The notes beneath the pieces were generated by a model that was given only the letters and a program-made list of their open reading frames with translations, did no database searches and was not told the DNA's origin. The position numbers were made by a program, and so were the translations under genes. DNA of 62,199 nt, filler included. It is 7 parts of 7 records of this genome, joined end to end, with 100 filler letters (N's around TTAATTAATTAA, not from the genome) between each part and the next. Parts side by side here need not be neighbours in the genome. Positions count along the whole stretch, not along the records: positions 1 to 16,682 come from SRR2962707_2265; 6 more parts are not named here. One strand, 5' to 3'. Shown here piece after piece: positions 1 through 10,900 of this stretch. Positions within the stretch are counted from its first letter, which is position 1, and every line of letters starts with the position of its first letter.

Positions 1-55
1 CCTGAGTTTACCGAAGGGCTCTAAGTCGAAATGGATTAAAACTTTATATAAAACT

Positions 56-412
56 TCACCAATGGTAATGGAAAGGGTAAATAATAACTTTTATTAAGAA
101 GTGTGATAGGTTAAATTTAGCTCCAATGTATAAAGGATTAAATTTTGCAACACTTATTCCGAGAGTTATATAGTTTAAAAATTTAAACTTGAGTTTGTGT
201 AATTTAATATTAAGGTTTTCAAAAAACTCAATATTGTTTCTTGTTTGGAGTGTAGCAACGCCTTGGTATTTAATGCCTACCGCTATATTTTCTGTAGAAT
301 TTTGAGATAACGGAAGTTGAATTTTCTCAAAATGATCAATATCAGTTTTAGAAGAATTTAAATAAATAATTCCTCCTAAAATAAAAAGCGATATAATTTT
401 CCAAATTTTCAC
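56..412 (-). CDS. Hypothetical protein with N-terminal hydrophobic segment and C-terminal YPFHYHW motif
   Basis: 118-aa ORF with GTG start. A Bacteroidota -7 promoter element lies 5 nt upstream. The aromatic/His C-terminus resembles, from memory, small Flavobacteriaceae proteins ending PFHxFW. Confidence 0.6.
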   Translation of the reverse strand: MKIWKIISLFILGGIIYLNSSKTDIDHFEKIQLPLSQNSTENIAVGIKYQGVATLQTRNNIEFFENLNIKLHKLKFKFLNYITLGISVAKFNPLYIGAKFNLSHFLIKVIIYPFHYHW

Positions 413-417
413 AATGG

Positions 418-447
418 CAAAGGTACTTTATTCATCAGTTTTGCAAA
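418..447 (-). promoter_or_regulatory. Bacteroidota housekeeping promoter (-33 TTTG, -7 TACCTTTG), probably leaderless
   Basis: Minus strand reads TTTG (447-444), 18 nt, TACCTTTG (425-418), CCATT, then GTG. The -7 box is an exact TAnnTTTG match. Confidence 0.6.
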
Positions 448-581
448 CATTTTTCTTATTATTTTTAGCGGCTTGTTTCTGTTTATGGATATAGAAATAC
501 TATTTTAGTTGAAATGTGTGAATGAAATATTCACTTTCAAATGATTGTGGAATTTCTTAACTTGTAGAGAAAATTAATAAG

Positions 582-1139
582 ATGAAAAATACTACTATTT
601 TTTTGAGCTCTTGTATTTTGTTGCTTTTAATTGCTTGTGGTGGAGCGCAAGACTCGGCAACTACTGCTAAGGAATTTACAGAAGTAGAAACTTTAATTAA
701 GGATAAAAAATTTAAAGTAGAGAATCAATGGGCTATGCCGCAAGTGAGTTCTAGTATGGTTCAGTTGGGGAATAGCGGAATTTTAGGCCCAGGAAACAAT
801 ATGCAACGCATCAGTTTAATTGGAAACACAAATTATTTGGAGATAAAAGGAGATTCTGCAAAAGCATTTTTGCCGTATTATGGAGAACGCCAAATGGGAG
901 GCGGATATAATTCTGACGGGGAAGGAATCCAGTTTGAGCAAGAAATTACAGATATGCAAGTAGATTTTATTGAAAATAAACAACGTTATAAAATCCAATT
1001 CACAGCCAATAACGGCGCAGAATCTTTTAATGTTACACTTTTAGTTTTTCCAAATAAGAAAACCTCACTCTCTGTAAATAGTTCTCAAAGAGATTTTATT
1101 ACCTATGATGGAACAATTTCTGAGCTTTCTAAAGAATAA
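582..1139 (+). CDS. DUF4251-like lipoprotein
   Basis: Lipobox LLIAC. The segment NYLEIKGDSAKAFLPYYGER..GGY...GIQF and the C-terminal SxQRxxITYDG are typical of DUF4251. Confidence 0.8.
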   Translation: MKNTTIFLSSCILLLLIACGGAQDSATTAKEFTEVETLIKDKKFKVENQWAMPQVSSSMVQLGNSGILGPGNNMQRISLIGNTNYLEIKGDSAKAFLPYYGERQMGGGYNSDGEGIQFEQEITDMQVDFIENKQRYKIQFTANNGAESFNVTLLVFPNKKTSLSVNSSQRDFITYDGTISELSKE

Positions 1140-1230
1140 ATTAATTCTAATTACTAATTTTATAAATCTATTCCCCTTTACAAACCTCATTAGATTTTCT
1201 TTTTTAAGAGTACAATTAAAAGGTATTGGC

Positions 1231-1250
1231 AATGTGTAGAAATACACATT
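1231..1250. promoter_or_regulatory. Perfect 8-bp inverted repeat (operator or small hairpin) upstream of the porin
   Basis: AATGTGTA-GAAA-TACACATT, ending 19 nt before the porin ATG at 1270. Confidence 0.4.
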
Positions 1251-1269
1251 TATAATTTTAGAAAAACGA

Positions 1270-2482
1270 ATGATAAAAAGTTTCAGATTACTTCTTCTAA
1301 CTAGTTTTTTTCTCTTTTTTTTTCAGCAAAATAAATGCTCAAGAAGTAGAAAGAGATTCCATTCGGAAATGGAAAATAGATTATGGATTTAAGGGTTTTG
1401 AATTTAAATCTACAAACAATAGGTATTTATTACAAATCCAGAGTAGACTACAATTCCGTTTTGCTACTCCAGACGATCAGGACCCTGTTACTTTTGATGA
1501 TTATGATGATGAGAATACAAATTTGTTTAAAATAAATAGAGCACGTTTAAAAGTAGGTGGAAACGCCTATCAAACGTGGCTTAAATACTATTGGGAATAC
1601 GAACTAAGTAGGTCTAATTTACTCGATTTTAGAATTATGATTGAAAAATGGGAGTGGCTTAATCTTAAAGTAGGACAATGGAAAATAGAATATTCTAGGG
1701 AACGTAGAATAAGTAGTGGAGAACAGCAAACCATGGATCGTTCTATTCTAAATAGACCATTTACGGTAGATAGGCAGCAAGGTGTAGAATTGTATGGAAG
1801 ACTTAGAGGAGGGAAGGAATTATTAGATTTTAGTTATTGGGCGGCAGTACTAACAGGTTCTGGAAGAGGCGTAACTGTTAATGACGATGAGCATTTAATG
1901 TATTTTGGAAGGTTTCAATGGAACTTATTAGGGGAAGATTTGGGTTTTGAAGGAAGTGATATAGAACTGCATGAAAAGCCTGCAGCCATTATAGCTATTG
2001 CTGGAGTAACAAATAGGAGTCCGTATACTAGGTTTTCGCAATCTGGAGGAGGTTCTTTAGTTGGTTTTGAGGAGGAAGAGGTTGGAGAATATCGTGTTAA
2101 TCAATATAATATAGAAACTGCATTTGTTTACAAAGGTTTTAGTTGGCAATCAGAATGGCATCATAAAAATATAATTAATAAACTTGACAATGATGCCGAG
2201 ACTAAGTTAGAAGGCTTTTATTTACAAGCGGGATATTTAGCACATACAAGTATTAATTGGTGGCCAAAACCTTTAGAGGTAGCTGCTAGATATGCTAGAT
2301 ATCAACCTGATACTAGTTTAGATACTAATTTTCAGCATGAAAAAACGTTGGCTTTTAATTGGTTTTTTACCAAGCATAAAAACAAACTAACATTAGAGGT
2401 AAGTCATTTTGATTATGAAACCGCAGATGGGAATGTAGATGATAAAATCCGATTTAGATTGCAGTGGGATATATCATTATAA
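1270..2482 (+). pseudogene. Outer-membrane porin (OprO/OprP-like), frameshifted by +1 in a poly-T run within the signal-peptide coding region
   Basis: ATG 1270 starts MIKSFRLLLLTSFFLFFF. Removing one T from T9 (1315-1323) joins SKINAQEVERD.., which runs without a stop into ORF 1523-2482 (INRARLK, VGQWK, DRQQGV, C-terminal beta strand FRLQWDISL). Confidence 0.75.
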
Positions 2483-2488
2483 CTTTAG

Positions 2489-3208
2489 TTACATTTCAAA
2501 ATTGAAGCCTTTTTCCGTCAGTTTATTATATATTTCAGGGTCAAACTTATATAGTTTTGCGGCTCTATGAGACACATCTTGTTGTTTTTCTTTAAGGTCA
2601 ACAAGAAGTTTCATCTTTAAAATCTTTCTTCTAAAATTAGGTTTATCAAGTTCTACTCCTAGAATCTCTTGATACAATTGCATTAAATGCAGTAATGTAA
2701 ATTTTTCTGGTAGTAGGTTAAAACCAATAGGCGCATTTCGTACTCTATTTCTTAGATGGTGGAGGCTGTAAGTTAGAATTTCATTGTGGTCATAAATCAA
2801 GTTTGGAATCTCATCAATTTTATACCACTTAGCGTCAGAAGCTGTAAAACCAGCTCTTACATCATAATCTTCCTTTTTTATTAGTGCGTAATATCCAATA
2901 GTAATTACTCTTCCAAGAGGAAAACGCTTGGGGTCGCCAAAGGCTTTTAACTGTTCCAAATAAAGGTCGGAAATTCCTGTTAACTCTCTCAACAATCTAT
3001 GTGCGGCATTGTCTATGCTTTCATCTTCTTTTATCCAACCTCCAGGGAGTCCCCATTTTCCTTTGCTAATTCCTTCTGCGTGTTGAATAAGTAATACTTC
3101 TAACTTTCCTTGTTCAAATCCAAAAATAGCACAGTCAATAGTAATAGCATTTATTACTTTTTCTTCTACTATTTTCCCCGATTCTTCATCAATAAATTTC
3201 TTAACCAT
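2489..3208 (-). CDS. NUDIX-wHTH NrtR-family transcriptional regulator (XylR-type xylose repressor)
   Basis: WGLPGGWI..ESIDNAAHRLLRELTG Nudix box, YLEQLKAFGDPKR, and wHTH FTLLHL..LDKPNFRRKI..HRAAKLY. Divergent from the xyl genes. Confidence 0.9.
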   Translation of the reverse strand: MVKKFIDEESGKIVEEKVINAITIDCAIFGFEQGKLEVLLIQHAEGISKGKWGLPGGWIKEDESIDNAAHRLLRELTGISDLYLEQLKAFGDPKRFPLGRVITIGYYALIKKEDYDVRAGFTASDAKWYKIDEIPNLIYDHNEILTYSLHHLRNRVRNAPIGFNLLPEKFTLLHLMQLYQEILGVELDKPNFRRKILKMKLLVDLKEKQQDVSHRAAKLYKFDPEIYNKLTEKGFNFEM

Positions 3209-3312
3209 CTTTAAATAGGTCGATTAGTTTTAAGTGCATATATACAAAATAATTTCTATATGGCATCTTATCATAAAAATTATTACCAATTATTCACTTT
3301 TGATAACATTTT

Positions 3313-3344
3313 TTTGATAAAATAAAAATATTTAATTAGTATTG
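3313..3344 (+). promoter_or_regulatory. Putative xyl operon promoter (-33 TTTG, -7 TAGTATTG)
   Basis: TTTG 3313-3316, a 20-nt spacer, then TAGTATTG 3337-3344 (one mismatch to TAnnTTTG). Confidence 0.5.
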
Positions 3345-3362
3345 TAGTCAAATTAACTATAA
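3342..3362. promoter_or_regulatory. NrtR-family operator (21-bp palindrome, GT-N7-AC core)
   Basis: TTGTAGTCAAATTAACTATAA is near-palindromic with the GT-N7-AC core typical of NrtR boxes. It overlaps the predicted -7 element. Confidence 0.7.
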
Positions 3363-3384
3363 GATATAGTTTAAATGACCATTA

Positions 3385-5016
3385 ATGAACAATCAAACTA
3401 ACCTAAAACCTAGCAATGTATACTTAATTACCGCGGTAGCTAGTCTTGGTGGATTACTTTTTGGGTATGATACTGCAGTAATTTCTGGAGCGGTAGGAGG
3501 GCTAAGAAGCTATTTTGTAAGTCCGCTATCAGAAAACATAAATATAGCCACAGAGGCTATTGTGGAATTTAAAGGATTAATAACTATATGTACTTTAGTT
3601 ATTTTTGCATTATTTAGTTCTTTCATCTTCAAATTCTTTAAAAAAGTAACCGCTATCGGTATAATGGTAGTCTCTATTTTATTAATAGGGAGTTTACTTT
3701 ATTCTAATTTTTTATCAGATTCTAATGAGCTATCAGAAAATCTAGGAAATTCTATCTTAGGTTTTATGGTTAGTAGTGCATTAGTAGGATGTATTATAGG
3801 GGCTGCTGTAGGAGACCGAATTGCAAATTCAATAGGAAGAAGAAATGGTTTAATTGTAGCGGCACTTTTGTTTATTATCTCTGCTCTTGGTTCTGCATAT
3901 CCAGAAAAGCTACCATTTTTAATGGCTGGAAACCTTACTACATTTATTATTTACAGAATTATTGGTGGAATTGGAGTAGGGTTGGCAAGTATGCTAGCGC
4001 CACTTTATATTGCAGAAATGGCACCAGCCAACATGAGAGGAAAACTTGTTTCTTGTAATCAGCTCGCAATCGTTAGCGGGATGTTGGTAGTATATTTTGT
4101 AAACTATTTTATTATTAAAGGACAAGCAGATGATTGGATTAATAATATTGGTTGGAGGTATATGTTTTTATCTGAATGTATTCCTGCAATTCTCTTTTTC
4201 TTCTTTTTACTGATAGTTCCAAAAACGCCACGTTTTCAAGTTTTAAAAGGAAATGAAGATGCAGCTATTGCTGTATTAACAAAGTATAACGGTTCTTCAA
4301 GAGCTTCAGAAATTTTAGAGGATATAAAAAAATCATTTAAAACAAAGAAGGCTCCATGGCTTAGTTATGGTTGGGCTATTATAATAATAGGATTGTTACT
4401 GTCTATTTTTCAGCAATTTGTAGGGATTAATGTAGTGCTATATTATGCTCCTGAAATTTTTAAAGGAATGGGGATGGAAACAGATGCTTCAATGATGCAA
4501 ACTATTATAGTTGGAGCTATAAACCTACTATTTACGGTGGTTGCAATGTTTACAGTTGACAAATTTGGGAGAAAAATATTAATGATTATTGGGAGTATTT
4601 TTATGGCAATTAGTATGCTCGGATTAGGAACGGTATTGTATGCAGATAGTAGTGGGATTGCCGCATTACTCCTAATGTTACTTTACATTGCTGCTTTTGC
4701 AATTTCTTGGGGTCCTGTTACATGGGTCTTACTTTCGGAGATTTTCCCTAACAAAATAAAAGGAGTAATGGCTGTAGCTGTTGCAGTGCAATGGTTGGCA
4801 AATCTTGTAGTTTCTTGGACCTTCCCAATGATGAATAATAATTCCCATTTAAACGAACTCTTTAATCATGGGTTTGCCTATTGGATTTATGGTATTATGG
4901 CGGTCTTATCGGCTTTCTTTATTTGGAAATTTGTTCCAGAAACAAAAGGAAAAACATTAGAAGAAATGGAAAGTATTTGGGAGGCAGAGGGTACTTTAGA
5001 ATCAAAAATAAATTAA
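3385..5016 (+). CDS. xylE: D-xylose:H+ symporter (MFS sugar porter) with a 68-aa insertion
   Basis: GGLLFGYDTAVISG, IGRR, YRIIGGIGVG, QQFVGINVVLYYAP, SWGPVTWVLLSEIFP and PETKGKTLEEM motifs; adjacent to xylB and xylA. Confidence 0.92.
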   Translation: MNNQTNLKPSNVYLITAVASLGGLLFGYDTAVISGAVGGLRSYFVSPLSENINIATEAIVEFKGLITICTLVIFALFSSFIFKFFKKVTAIGIMVVSILLIGSLLYSNFLSDSNELSENLGNSILGFMVSSALVGCIIGAAVGDRIANSIGRRNGLIVAALLFIISALGSAYPEKLPFLMAGNLTTFIIYRIIGGIGVGLASMLAPLYIAEMAPANMRGKLVSCNQLAIVSGMLVVYFVNYFIIKGQADDWINNIGWRYMFLSECIPAILFFFFLLIVPKTPRFQVLKGNEDAAIAVLTKYNGSSRASEILEDIKKSFKTKKAPWLSYGWAIIIIGLLLSIFQQFVGINVVLYYAPEIFKGMGMETDASMMQTIIVGAINLLFTVVAMFTVDKFGRKILMIIGSIFMAISMLGLGTVLYADSSGIAALLLMLLYIAAFAISWGPVTWVLLSEIFPNKIKGVMAVAVAVQWLANLVVSWTFPMMNNNSHLNELFNHGFAYWIYGIMAVLSAFFIWKFVPETKGKTLEEMESIWEAEGTLESKIN

Positions 5017-5020
5017 AGCT

Positions 5021-6505
5021 ATGTATTTTTTAGGGATAGATTTAGGAAGTTCTTCAATTAAGCTATCGGTTTTAAATGCTGAAACCGAAAAATGTATGGC
5101 ATCAATATCGGTACCCGATTTTGAATTAGAGATGAAAGCTCCAAGGCATGGTTGGGCTGAACAAGAACCCGAAATGTGGTGGCAGTATGTAAAAGAAGGG
5201 ATTGCTAAGTTAAAAGAAGTACATCAAATTGAAATTGAAAAAATAAAAGGAATTGGAATAGCATACCAAATGCATGGATTGGTTTTAACTGATGAAAATT
5301 TAAATCCTGTTCGGTCTTCTATTATTTGGTGTGATAGCAGAGCTGCATCAATTGGCGAGTCTATTTATAATAAAATAGGAGCAGAAGCTTGTCAGGAACA
5401 AATTCTAGGAAGTCCTGGTAATTTTACAGCCTCTAAGCTAAAATGGGTGAAAGATAATCAGCCAGAAGTGTATGCTAAAGCAAAGTATATGATGCTTCCA
5501 GGCGATTTTATTGCTGCAAAATTTTCGGGAGTTGCGCAAACAAGTACTTCAGGATTATCGGAAGCAGCTTTATGGAATTTTAAAGAAAATAGACTAGCAA
5601 CCGAAATATTAGAAGCGATGGATATTTCAGAAGAAATTATTCCAGAGATAGTTTCAAATTTCGGAAAGCAAGCAATTATAGATAAAGAAATAGCAGCAGG
5701 ATTAGGACTGTCTAAAGATGTTCAGATAAATTATAGAGCAGGAGATCAACCAAACAATGCTTTGTCTTTAAATGTTTTAAATCCGGGAGAGATTGCTGCA
5801 ACGGCTGGGACTTCTGCAGTAGTGTATGGGGTTAGTAATACGGATGATTACGATGCAAATAACCGAATTAACACATTTTTACATGTAAATAATACTCCTG
5901 AAGAAAAACGAAATGGAGTAATGGTTTGTATAAATGGTTCAGGGATTTTATACCAATGGCTACGAAAAACATTGTCTGAAGATTCGAAGAACCTTATGGA
6001 TTATGACAAATTAAATGAGCTAGCATCGCAAAGCGAAATAGGAAGTAAAGGACTTCGATTTTATCCATTTGGAAATGGTGTGGAGCGTATTTTTAATAAT
6101 AAGCCAGCTTTTTCTGGAATTGAAGGGTTGAATTTTAATATTCATCAGAAAACAGATATGGTAAGGGCTGCTTGTGAAGGAATTGTTTTTGCGCTGAATT
6201 ATGGTTTCGAAATCATGCGTAATGTAGGGGTGGAAGGAAAAGTGGTAAAAGCAGGAAAAGCAAATTTATTTCTGAATCCAGTTTTTAGAGAAATTTTCGC
6301 AAATACAACAAATACAACAGTAGAATTATACAATACTTCTGGTGCTGAGGGCGCTGCAAGAGGAGCAGCCTATGGATATGGTTATTTCTCAACCATAGAA
6401 GCTGCTTTTAAAGGATTAGAATGTTTAGAAAAAATAGAACCTAATGCAACTTTAGTAGCTCAATATCAGGAAATATATCAAGATTGGAAAAAAAATATAA
6501 AATAG
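5021..6505 (+). CDS. xylB: Xylulokinase (FGGY family)
   Basis: GIDLGSSSIK, GIAYQMHGLV, IIWCDSR, GNFTASKL, RAGDQPNNA and GTSAV motifs. Confidence 0.93.
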   Translation: MYFLGIDLGSSSIKLSVLNAETEKCMASISVPDFELEMKAPRHGWAEQEPEMWWQYVKEGIAKLKEVHQIEIEKIKGIGIAYQMHGLVLTDENLNPVRSSIIWCDSRAASIGESIYNKIGAEACQEQILGSPGNFTASKLKWVKDNQPEVYAKAKYMMLPGDFIAAKFSGVAQTSTSGLSEAALWNFKENRLATEILEAMDISEEIIPEIVSNFGKQAIIDKEIAAGLGLSKDVQINYRAGDQPNNALSLNVLNPGEIAATAGTSAVVYGVSNTDDYDANNRINTFLHVNNTPEEKRNGVMVCINGSGILYQWLRKTLSEDSKNLMDYDKLNELASQSEIGSKGLRFYPFGNGVERIFNNKPAFSGIEGLNFNIHQKTDMVRAACEGIVFALNYGFEIMRNVGVEGKVVKAGKANLFLNPVFREIFANTTNTTVELYNTSGAEGAARGAAYGYGYFSTIEAAFKGLECLEKIEPNATLVAQYQEIYQDWKKNIK

Positions 6506-6531
6506 ATTATCAACATTAAAAGTAAGCACAT

Positions 6532-7845
6532 ATGAAATCAACATTTTTTAAGAACATAGACAAAATTAAGTTTGAAGGAAGAGAAAGTGACAACCCTTTA
6601 GCGTTTAAATGGTATGACGAAAACAGAGTTGTAGGAGGAAAAACCCTAAAAGAACACTTAAGATTTGCAACTGCATATTGGCATACTTTTAATAATAAAG
6701 GAGGCGATCCTTTTGGAGCTCCAACCGAAACTTTTGCTTGGGATAAAAAGGAAGATGCTATTGGAAGAGCTAAAGATAAAATGGATGCTGCTTTTGAGTT
6801 TATGAGTAAACTAGGTACTCCTTACTACTGTTTTCATGATGTAGATGTTGTAGATGAAGCGCCAACACTTGCAGCGTTTGAAGAGAGAATTCAAGAAATG
6901 GTAGCCTATGCAAAACAAAAACAACAGGATACGGGAATAAAATTATTGTGGGGAACTTCTAATCTATTTAGTAATCCTCGCTATATGAATGGAGCTGCTA
7001 CCAATCCAAATTTTGATGTACTAGCTTATGCAGGAGCGCAAGCTAAAATTGCCATAGATGCTACAATAGCGCTTGGAGGAGAGAATTATGTTTTCTGGGG
7101 AGGCCGAGAAGGATATATGAGTCTTCTAAACACCGATATGGGTCGTGAGTTAGATCATTTAGGAAACTTCCTTAACATTTGTAAAGATTATGCTAGAAAA
7201 CAAGGCTTTACGGGGACTTTCTTAATTGAACCAAAACCTATGGAACCAACAAAACATCAGTATGATTTTGATTCGGCAACTTCCATTGGTTTTATTAATA
7301 AATATGGTCTTCAAGACGATTTCAAACTGAATATAGAAGTAAACCATGCTACTTTAGCGGGACACACTTTTGAGCACGAACTTCAAGTGGCAGTAGATAA
7401 TGGAATGTTAGGGAGTATAGATGCTAACAGAGGAGATTATCAAAACGGTTGGGATACCGACCAATTCCCATTAAATCTTTACGAAATAACAGAAGCCATG
7501 TTAGTAATTCTTCAAGGAGGAGGAATTCAAGGAGGAGGAATCAACTTTGATGCAAAAGTTAGAAGAAATTCAACAGATTTAGAAGATAAGTTTATAGCCC
7601 ATATTTCTGGAATGGATGCTTTTGCACGTGGTTTAATTTGTGCGGATCATGTTTTAGAAAATACAGATTTTAAAAAATTACGCAAACAGCGTTACGAAAG
7701 TTTTGACACTGGTAACGGTGCAAAATTTGAAAATAAAGAGCTTTCATTAGAGCAGTTAAGTGAAATAGCAAGAGCTAATGGAGAGCCAAAACAAATAAGT
7801 GGGAAGCAAGAATTATTTGAACAAATTCTAGCCAACGCTTTTTAA
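6532..7845 (+). CDS. xylA: Xylose isomerase (class II)
   Basis: [52 protein letters not shown] and NFDAK motifs. Confidence 0.97.
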   Translation: MKSTFFKNIDKIKFEGRESDNPLAFKWYDENRVVGGKTLKEHLRFATAYWHTFNNKGGDPFGAPTETFAWDKKEDAIGRAKDKMDAAFEFMSKLGTPYYCFHDVDVVDEAPTLAAFEERIQEMVAYAKQKQQDTGIKLLWGTSNLFSNPRYMNGAATNPNFDVLAYAGAQAKIAIDATIALGGENYVFWGGREGYMSLLNTDMGRELDHLGNFLNICKDYARKQGFTGTFLIEPKPMEPTKHQYDFDSATSIGFINKYGLQDDFKLNIEVNHATLAGHTFEHELQVAVDNGMLGSIDANRGDYQNGWDTDQFPLNLYEITEAMLVILQGGGIQGGGINFDAKVRRNSTDLEDKFIAHISGMDAFARGLICADHVLENTDFKKLRKQRYESFDTGNGAKFENKELSLEQLSEIARANGEPKQISGKQELFEQILANAF

Positions 7846-7904
7846 GTAGCTAACTGTTTTATTTGGCTAACTGATTATTTTATTCTAACAACAAATTAAT
7901 TATT

Positions 7905-10900
7905 ATGGAAAAACAAACAGATCGTTTTTTTAACAAAAATTTTCTGAGAGGAGCAGTATTGCTTTTTGTTTTCCTTTTACAAGTAAGTTATGCACAATCG
8001 CAAACCACTGTAAAGGGTACAATTACATCTGCGGAAGATGGAATGCCTATTCCTGGAGCTAGTATCATGGTAGAAGGTACTACAAAAGGAACAACATCAG
8101 ACTTTGATGGGAATTACCAAATTGAGGTACCAGAAGGAGGCGTACTTCAGTTTACATATATTGGTTTTATAAATCAAAAAATACCTGTTAATGGGCAGTC
8201 TACCATAGATGTTGCTTTAAAAACCGATACGCAACAACTTGATGAGGTTGTAGTAATTGGTTATGGAGTTCAGAAAAAAGAACTCGTAACAGGAGCAAAT
8301 CTTCAAGTTTCTGGAGAAGATTTAGAAAGGCAAAGTACAACTAATGCTTTGCAGGCATTGCAAGGACAAACTCCTGGGGTGCAAATAACATCAACTTCTG
8401 GTCAGCCAGGAGAGGGATTAAATGTTGTAATTAGAGGTTTAGGTTCTACAGGAAATAATTCTCCTTTGTATGTAGTAGATGGAGTTTTAACAAATGATAT
8501 TTCGTATTTAAACAATGCAGATATTGAAACTATTTCCATATTAAAAGACGCAGCATCTGCAGCTATTTATGGTTCACAGGCAGCAAATGGAGTTGTATTG
8601 GTTACCACTAAAAAAGGTAAAAAAGGGCATGCTCAAATTACTTTTGATCATTACTATGGTTTGCAAGAAGTACAACAGAAAATGGACATGGCCAATGGTA
8701 CCGAATATGCAACTTTGTTAAACGAAGCTGCATTGAATTCTGGTAGTAATCCTATTTTTTCTAATGATGAAATTAGTCAACTAGGAGAAGGAACAGATTG
8801 GATGGACGAAATGTTCTCTACAGCAAAAACCGAAAACTATACTTTGGGAGTAACGGGAGGAAGTGAAACCTCAAACTATTCTTCTTCTTTGTCTTATACA
8901 AATCAAGAAGGGGTCGTTGGCGGTCCTGATCTTTCAAATTACGAGCGTTATAATTTTAGATTTAATTCTGAACATAAATTATATGATGGGAGAATTACTT
9001 TTGGTGAGAATTTAAGTTTTGCATATATCAAAAATAATGGAATAGGTGTTGGAGGACAATACAACAACGCTTTGCGTGGAGCTTTTCAAGCAAGTCCGCT
9101 AATTCCTATGTATGACGAAAATGGAAATTTTTATAATACAGCTGGAGATTCAGAAGTTTGGTTAAATGGAATGGCTAATCCATATGCATCTATGGTTTAT
9201 GGAAACCAAAATGGAAGTGAAACACAGAAACTTTTGGGGAATGTTTATATGGAATTTAAATTGACAGACAATTTGAAGTTTAGAACAAGTCTTGGACTGG
9301 ATTACTTCTCTTCTCAAGGACATTCTTTTAGTCCTCTTTATCAATTGTCGTCATACGATTTTAGCAATTTTACTACAGCATCGCAAAGTATGAATGAAGG
9401 TAAATCTCTTATTTGGGATAATTTATTGACCTATACTTTCAATCTTCAAGACAATCATAATTTTGAGGCTATGCTAGGAACTTCATCTTATAAATATGAG
9501 GGAGTTTCAATGTATGGAAGTAATGTAAATTTAGTTTTTGACGATTTAGAGCATGCTTGGTTAAGTAATGCCACAAATACCAATGGGGCACAGATATCTT
9601 TATCTGGAGGACCAGATAATATTATCAAAAGAATGTCTTATTTTGGTCGTTTAAATTACAACTTCAAAGAAAAGTACTTACTTAATTTTACATATAGAGC
9701 CGATGGTTCTTCTAATTTTGCTGATGGATATCGTTGGGGATTCTTCCCATCTGTTTCGGCAGGTTGGATTATGACTCGTGAAGATTTCTTAAGCGACTCT
9801 AACGTATTAAATTACTTTAAATTAAGAACTAGTTGGGGACAAGTAGGGAATCAAAATGTTGGAAACTTTCAATATTTAGCTCCTATTACCTATAGTGGAA
9901 GTAATTATATATTTGGGGGCGAAGAAGGGGTTTTAACACCAGGAGCTTATCCTAACAGATTAGCAAATCCAGAACTTCAATGGGAAACTTCAGAACAATT
10001 AGACTTTGGTTTTGATGCTCGATTTATAGAGTCTAAACTTTCTGTAAACTTCGATTGGTATCAAAAAACTACAAAAGATTGGTTAATTAGTGTGCCTACA
10101 TACGCTACTTCTGGGGTAGAGAGTAAATGGATAAATGGAGGAGATGTTACCAATACAGGTGTGGAGTTGGCTATTTCTTATCGAGATAAAATAGGAGAAG
10201 ACTTTAGCTATAATATTGGAGTTAACGGGGCGTATAATCAAAATGAAGTTGGAAACATTCCTACCGAAGATGGTATTATTCACGGAGAAATAAATCAACT
10301 TTGGGATAACTCTCCTGAATTTTATAGAGCTGAAAATGGTCATGCTCTTGGCTATTTCTGGGGATATAAAACAGATGGTGTTTTTCAAACAGAAGAAGAG
10401 ATTGAAAATTACAGAAGTGCAGATGGTACAAAAATCCAACCAACTGCTTTGCCTGGAGATTTAAGATATGTGGATACTAATGGAGATGGAGAAATAAATA
10501 ACAGTGATAAAACTGAAATAGGAGACCCTAATCCAGACCTTACTTACGGAATATCGTTATCTGCAAATTATAAAGCATTAGATTTTTCAGTACAAACTAA
10601 TGGAGTTGCAGGAAATCAGCTAGTACAAGCGTACAGAAACCCTTCTAATGCATACGGAAATCTCCCAGGGGAATATGTAAACCGTTGGCATGGACCAGGA
10701 TCTTCTAATGAGATTCCTCGATTAACATTGGATAATAAAAACTTTACAAAATTTTCTGACCTCTATGTAAAAGATGGCGATTTCTTTAGAATAAGTAACA
10801 TTACTTTAGGATATGATATTGCCAAGGGTGTTAACAAAGAAAACTTCTTTGCAAGTCAGTTAAGAGTTTATTTCTCGGTATTAAATGCCTATACTTTTAC

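Noticed and set aside
1-19. CCTGAGTTTACCGAAGGG resembling a REP-like intergenic repeat
   Set aside because: Single copy cut by the window edge; repetition cannot be shown.
1523-2482. Intact 319-aa porin starting at TTG 1523
   Set aside because: It lacks a signal peptide, and coding sequence clearly extends upstream to ATG 1270 across the frameshift.
7846-7904. Terminator between xylA and susC
   Set aside because: Only a short GCTAACTG direct repeat and a weak AT-rich stem; not a convincing terminator.
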